From NCBI GenBank assembly GCA_039024555.1, contig JBCCQQ010000025.1, forward strand, positions 1 through 64,000: 64,000 nt of DNA, written 5' to 3'. Origin of the DNA: Cyanobacteria bacterium P01_D01_bin.156 (GTDB lineage Bacteria > Cyanobacteriota > Cyanobacteriia > Phormidesmidales > Phormidesmidaceae). Below, piece by piece: positions 62,984-64,000 of the stretch. Each line of letters begins with the position of its first letter. Position 1 is the stretch's first letter. A model generated the notes under the pieces. That model worked only from the letters and a program-made list of their open reading frames with translations, did not search any database and was not told the origin of the DNA. The position numbers and the translations under genes were made by a program.

Positions 62984-63499
62984 ATGTTGAAAAAGTGCAT
63001 TTGGCTGATGGTCGCGGCTGTTTTTCTTGTCGGCAACCTCTTTTATGGAGGCAATGCGATGGCGGCTGAGCTAGATGAAGCGATCCGTACCATTCCTTTA
63101 AATGAACAGGGTGACACAGTGGTACTTTCCCTGGAGCAAGTTGCTCAGGGACGGAGGAAGTTTAATTATGCTTGTGCCACTTGCCATGTACAGGGGATCA
63201 CCAAGACTAACCCCAATGTTGGTCTAGAACCTGAAGCTTTAGAAGGTGCTTATCCAGACCGAAATAATTTGGAAGCACTGGTGGATTATTTGAATAACCC
63301 TACTACGTATGATGGATTAACAGAAATCTCTGAACTGCATCCTAGTACCCAAAGCACTGACATCTTTCCAAAGATGCGAAGCTTAACTGACGATGATTTG
63401 AGAGCTATTTCTGGTTATATTCTTTTGCAGCCCAAAGTTATGGGTGATATGTGGGGTGCTGGTAAGACTCGCTTCTCTGCTCCCGCAGTTTTTGACTAG
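62984..63499 (+). CDS. psbV: Photosystem II cytochrome c550
   Basis: Signal peptide; CATCH heme motif, TKTNPNV.L, PTTYDG, HPS..S.DIFPKMR, WG.GK. Confidence 0.95.
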   Translation: MLKKCIWLMVAAVFLVGNLFYGGNAMAAELDEAIRTIPLNEQGDTVVLSLEQVAQGRRKFNYACATCHVQGITKTNPNVGLEPEALEGAYPDRNNLEALVDYLNNPTTYDGLTEISELHPSTQSTDIFPKMRSLTDDDLRAISGYILLQPKVMGDMWGAGKTRFSAPAVFD

Positions 63500-63569
63500 T
63501 CAGTCGATCAATTGGTTACACAGGCATTTGGATAGTAGCTTTCATTGTTAGCTAGATATCTATAGAGAT

Positions 63570-63605
63570 AAAAAGGAGTTGAGCATTAATGTTCAACTCC
63601 TTTTT
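63570..63605 (+). terminator. Intrinsic terminator after psbV
   Basis: AAAAAGGAGTTGAGC-ATTAAT-GTTCAACTCCTTTTT. Confidence 0.8.
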
Positions 63606-63756
63606 AGTTGCAGATTTTACGCATCACTCGGCACCATAGTTCATAACATCAGCTCGCTGAATGCATTCAGCAGTTTGTAATACCAATCACCAGAGATTAT
63701 CTAGCGCAGACATTACCCAATTGAGCTAGTGTAGATAGGCGGTAGAGCACAATACA

Positions 63757-64000
63757 ATGATCAAGCGGCGCACGTTATTGTGGGGATTAATGGGCTTTGC
63801 GATCGCAGGCTGTCGTTCTAGCTCATCTGATTCTTTTCGAGTTAAATTTCTCGCACGCTCTATTCCCTCACAGATCCTTAAAACATTTAATCGACAGATC
63901 CCCTCACAGTTCGAAGCAGCCATAACACTCAGCGATATTTATCAGCAGCTGCAATGGTGGGAAGCTCAAAAAGCGCCTTTACCTCCGCTATGGAAACGCT
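63757..64000 (+). CDS. Partial lipoprotein, probably an ABC-type solute-binding protein (runs off window)
   Basis: MIKRRTLLWGLMGFAIAGC: Tat-like RR plus lipobox IAGC; open to the window end. Confidence 0.6.
   Translation, partial: MIKRRTLLWGLMGFAIAGCRSSSSDSFRVKFLARSIPSQILKTFNRQIPSQFEAAITLSDIYQQLQWWEAQKAPLPPLWKR

Larger units (their letters stand above)
2693..63806. repeat. HIP1 octamer GCGATCGC dispersed through the window
   Basis: About 30-35 occurrences counted by eye (first 2693, last 63799), versus about 1 expected by chance. Confidence 0.9.

Noticed and set aside
2311..63923. Numerous 60-125 aa ORFs antisense to or nested in recognised genes
   Set aside because: Shadow ORFs of well-supported coding sequences with no independent motifs.
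1..64000. CRISPR arrays, tRNA/rRNA genes, prophage or defence operons
   Set aside because: No regularly spaced direct repeats, tRNA arms, rRNA sequence or phage/cas hallmark proteins were seen. The two Uma2 genes and the CPBP ('Abi') protease are common dispersed cyanobacterial genes, not a defence cluster.

Overview
A 64-kb, gene-dense piece of a cyanobacterial chromosome. Evidence: psbA, psaK, psbV, a CcaA-type carbonic anhydrase, cyaC, and about 30-35 HIP1 GCGATCGC octamers; a filamentous Leptolyngbya-like origin is an inference only. Most of the window is core housekeeping: ftsQ-ftsZ-thiD, comM/yifB, rnhA, sds, an M16 peptidase pair, acs, murG, hisC, leuB, pilD, accD. Several features are not shown in the ORF track. 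(i) The 3' end of an ISAzo13-type transposase and its terminal inverted repeat sit inside the 5' end of a recQ-like helicase. (ii) Two copies of a ~105-bp MITE-like element have ends that match that IS end. (iii) The SRP RNA gene ffs lies on the minus strand at ~12181-12274. (iv) A long structured leader precedes a xanthine/uracil (NCS2) permease that is flanked by a CHASE histidine kinase and an OmpR regulator. (v) A SigK-like ECF promoter precedes an ECF sigma / anti-sigma / atypical VKOR-Trx operon. (vi) There are several unannotated small membrane ORFs and perfect palindromes. Two small uncharacterised regulatory modules (44.4-47.9 kb and 50.9-52.2 kb) also deserve follow-up. No CRISPR array, rRNA or tRNA was seen. 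All protein calls come from motif recognition by eye; no database searches were run.
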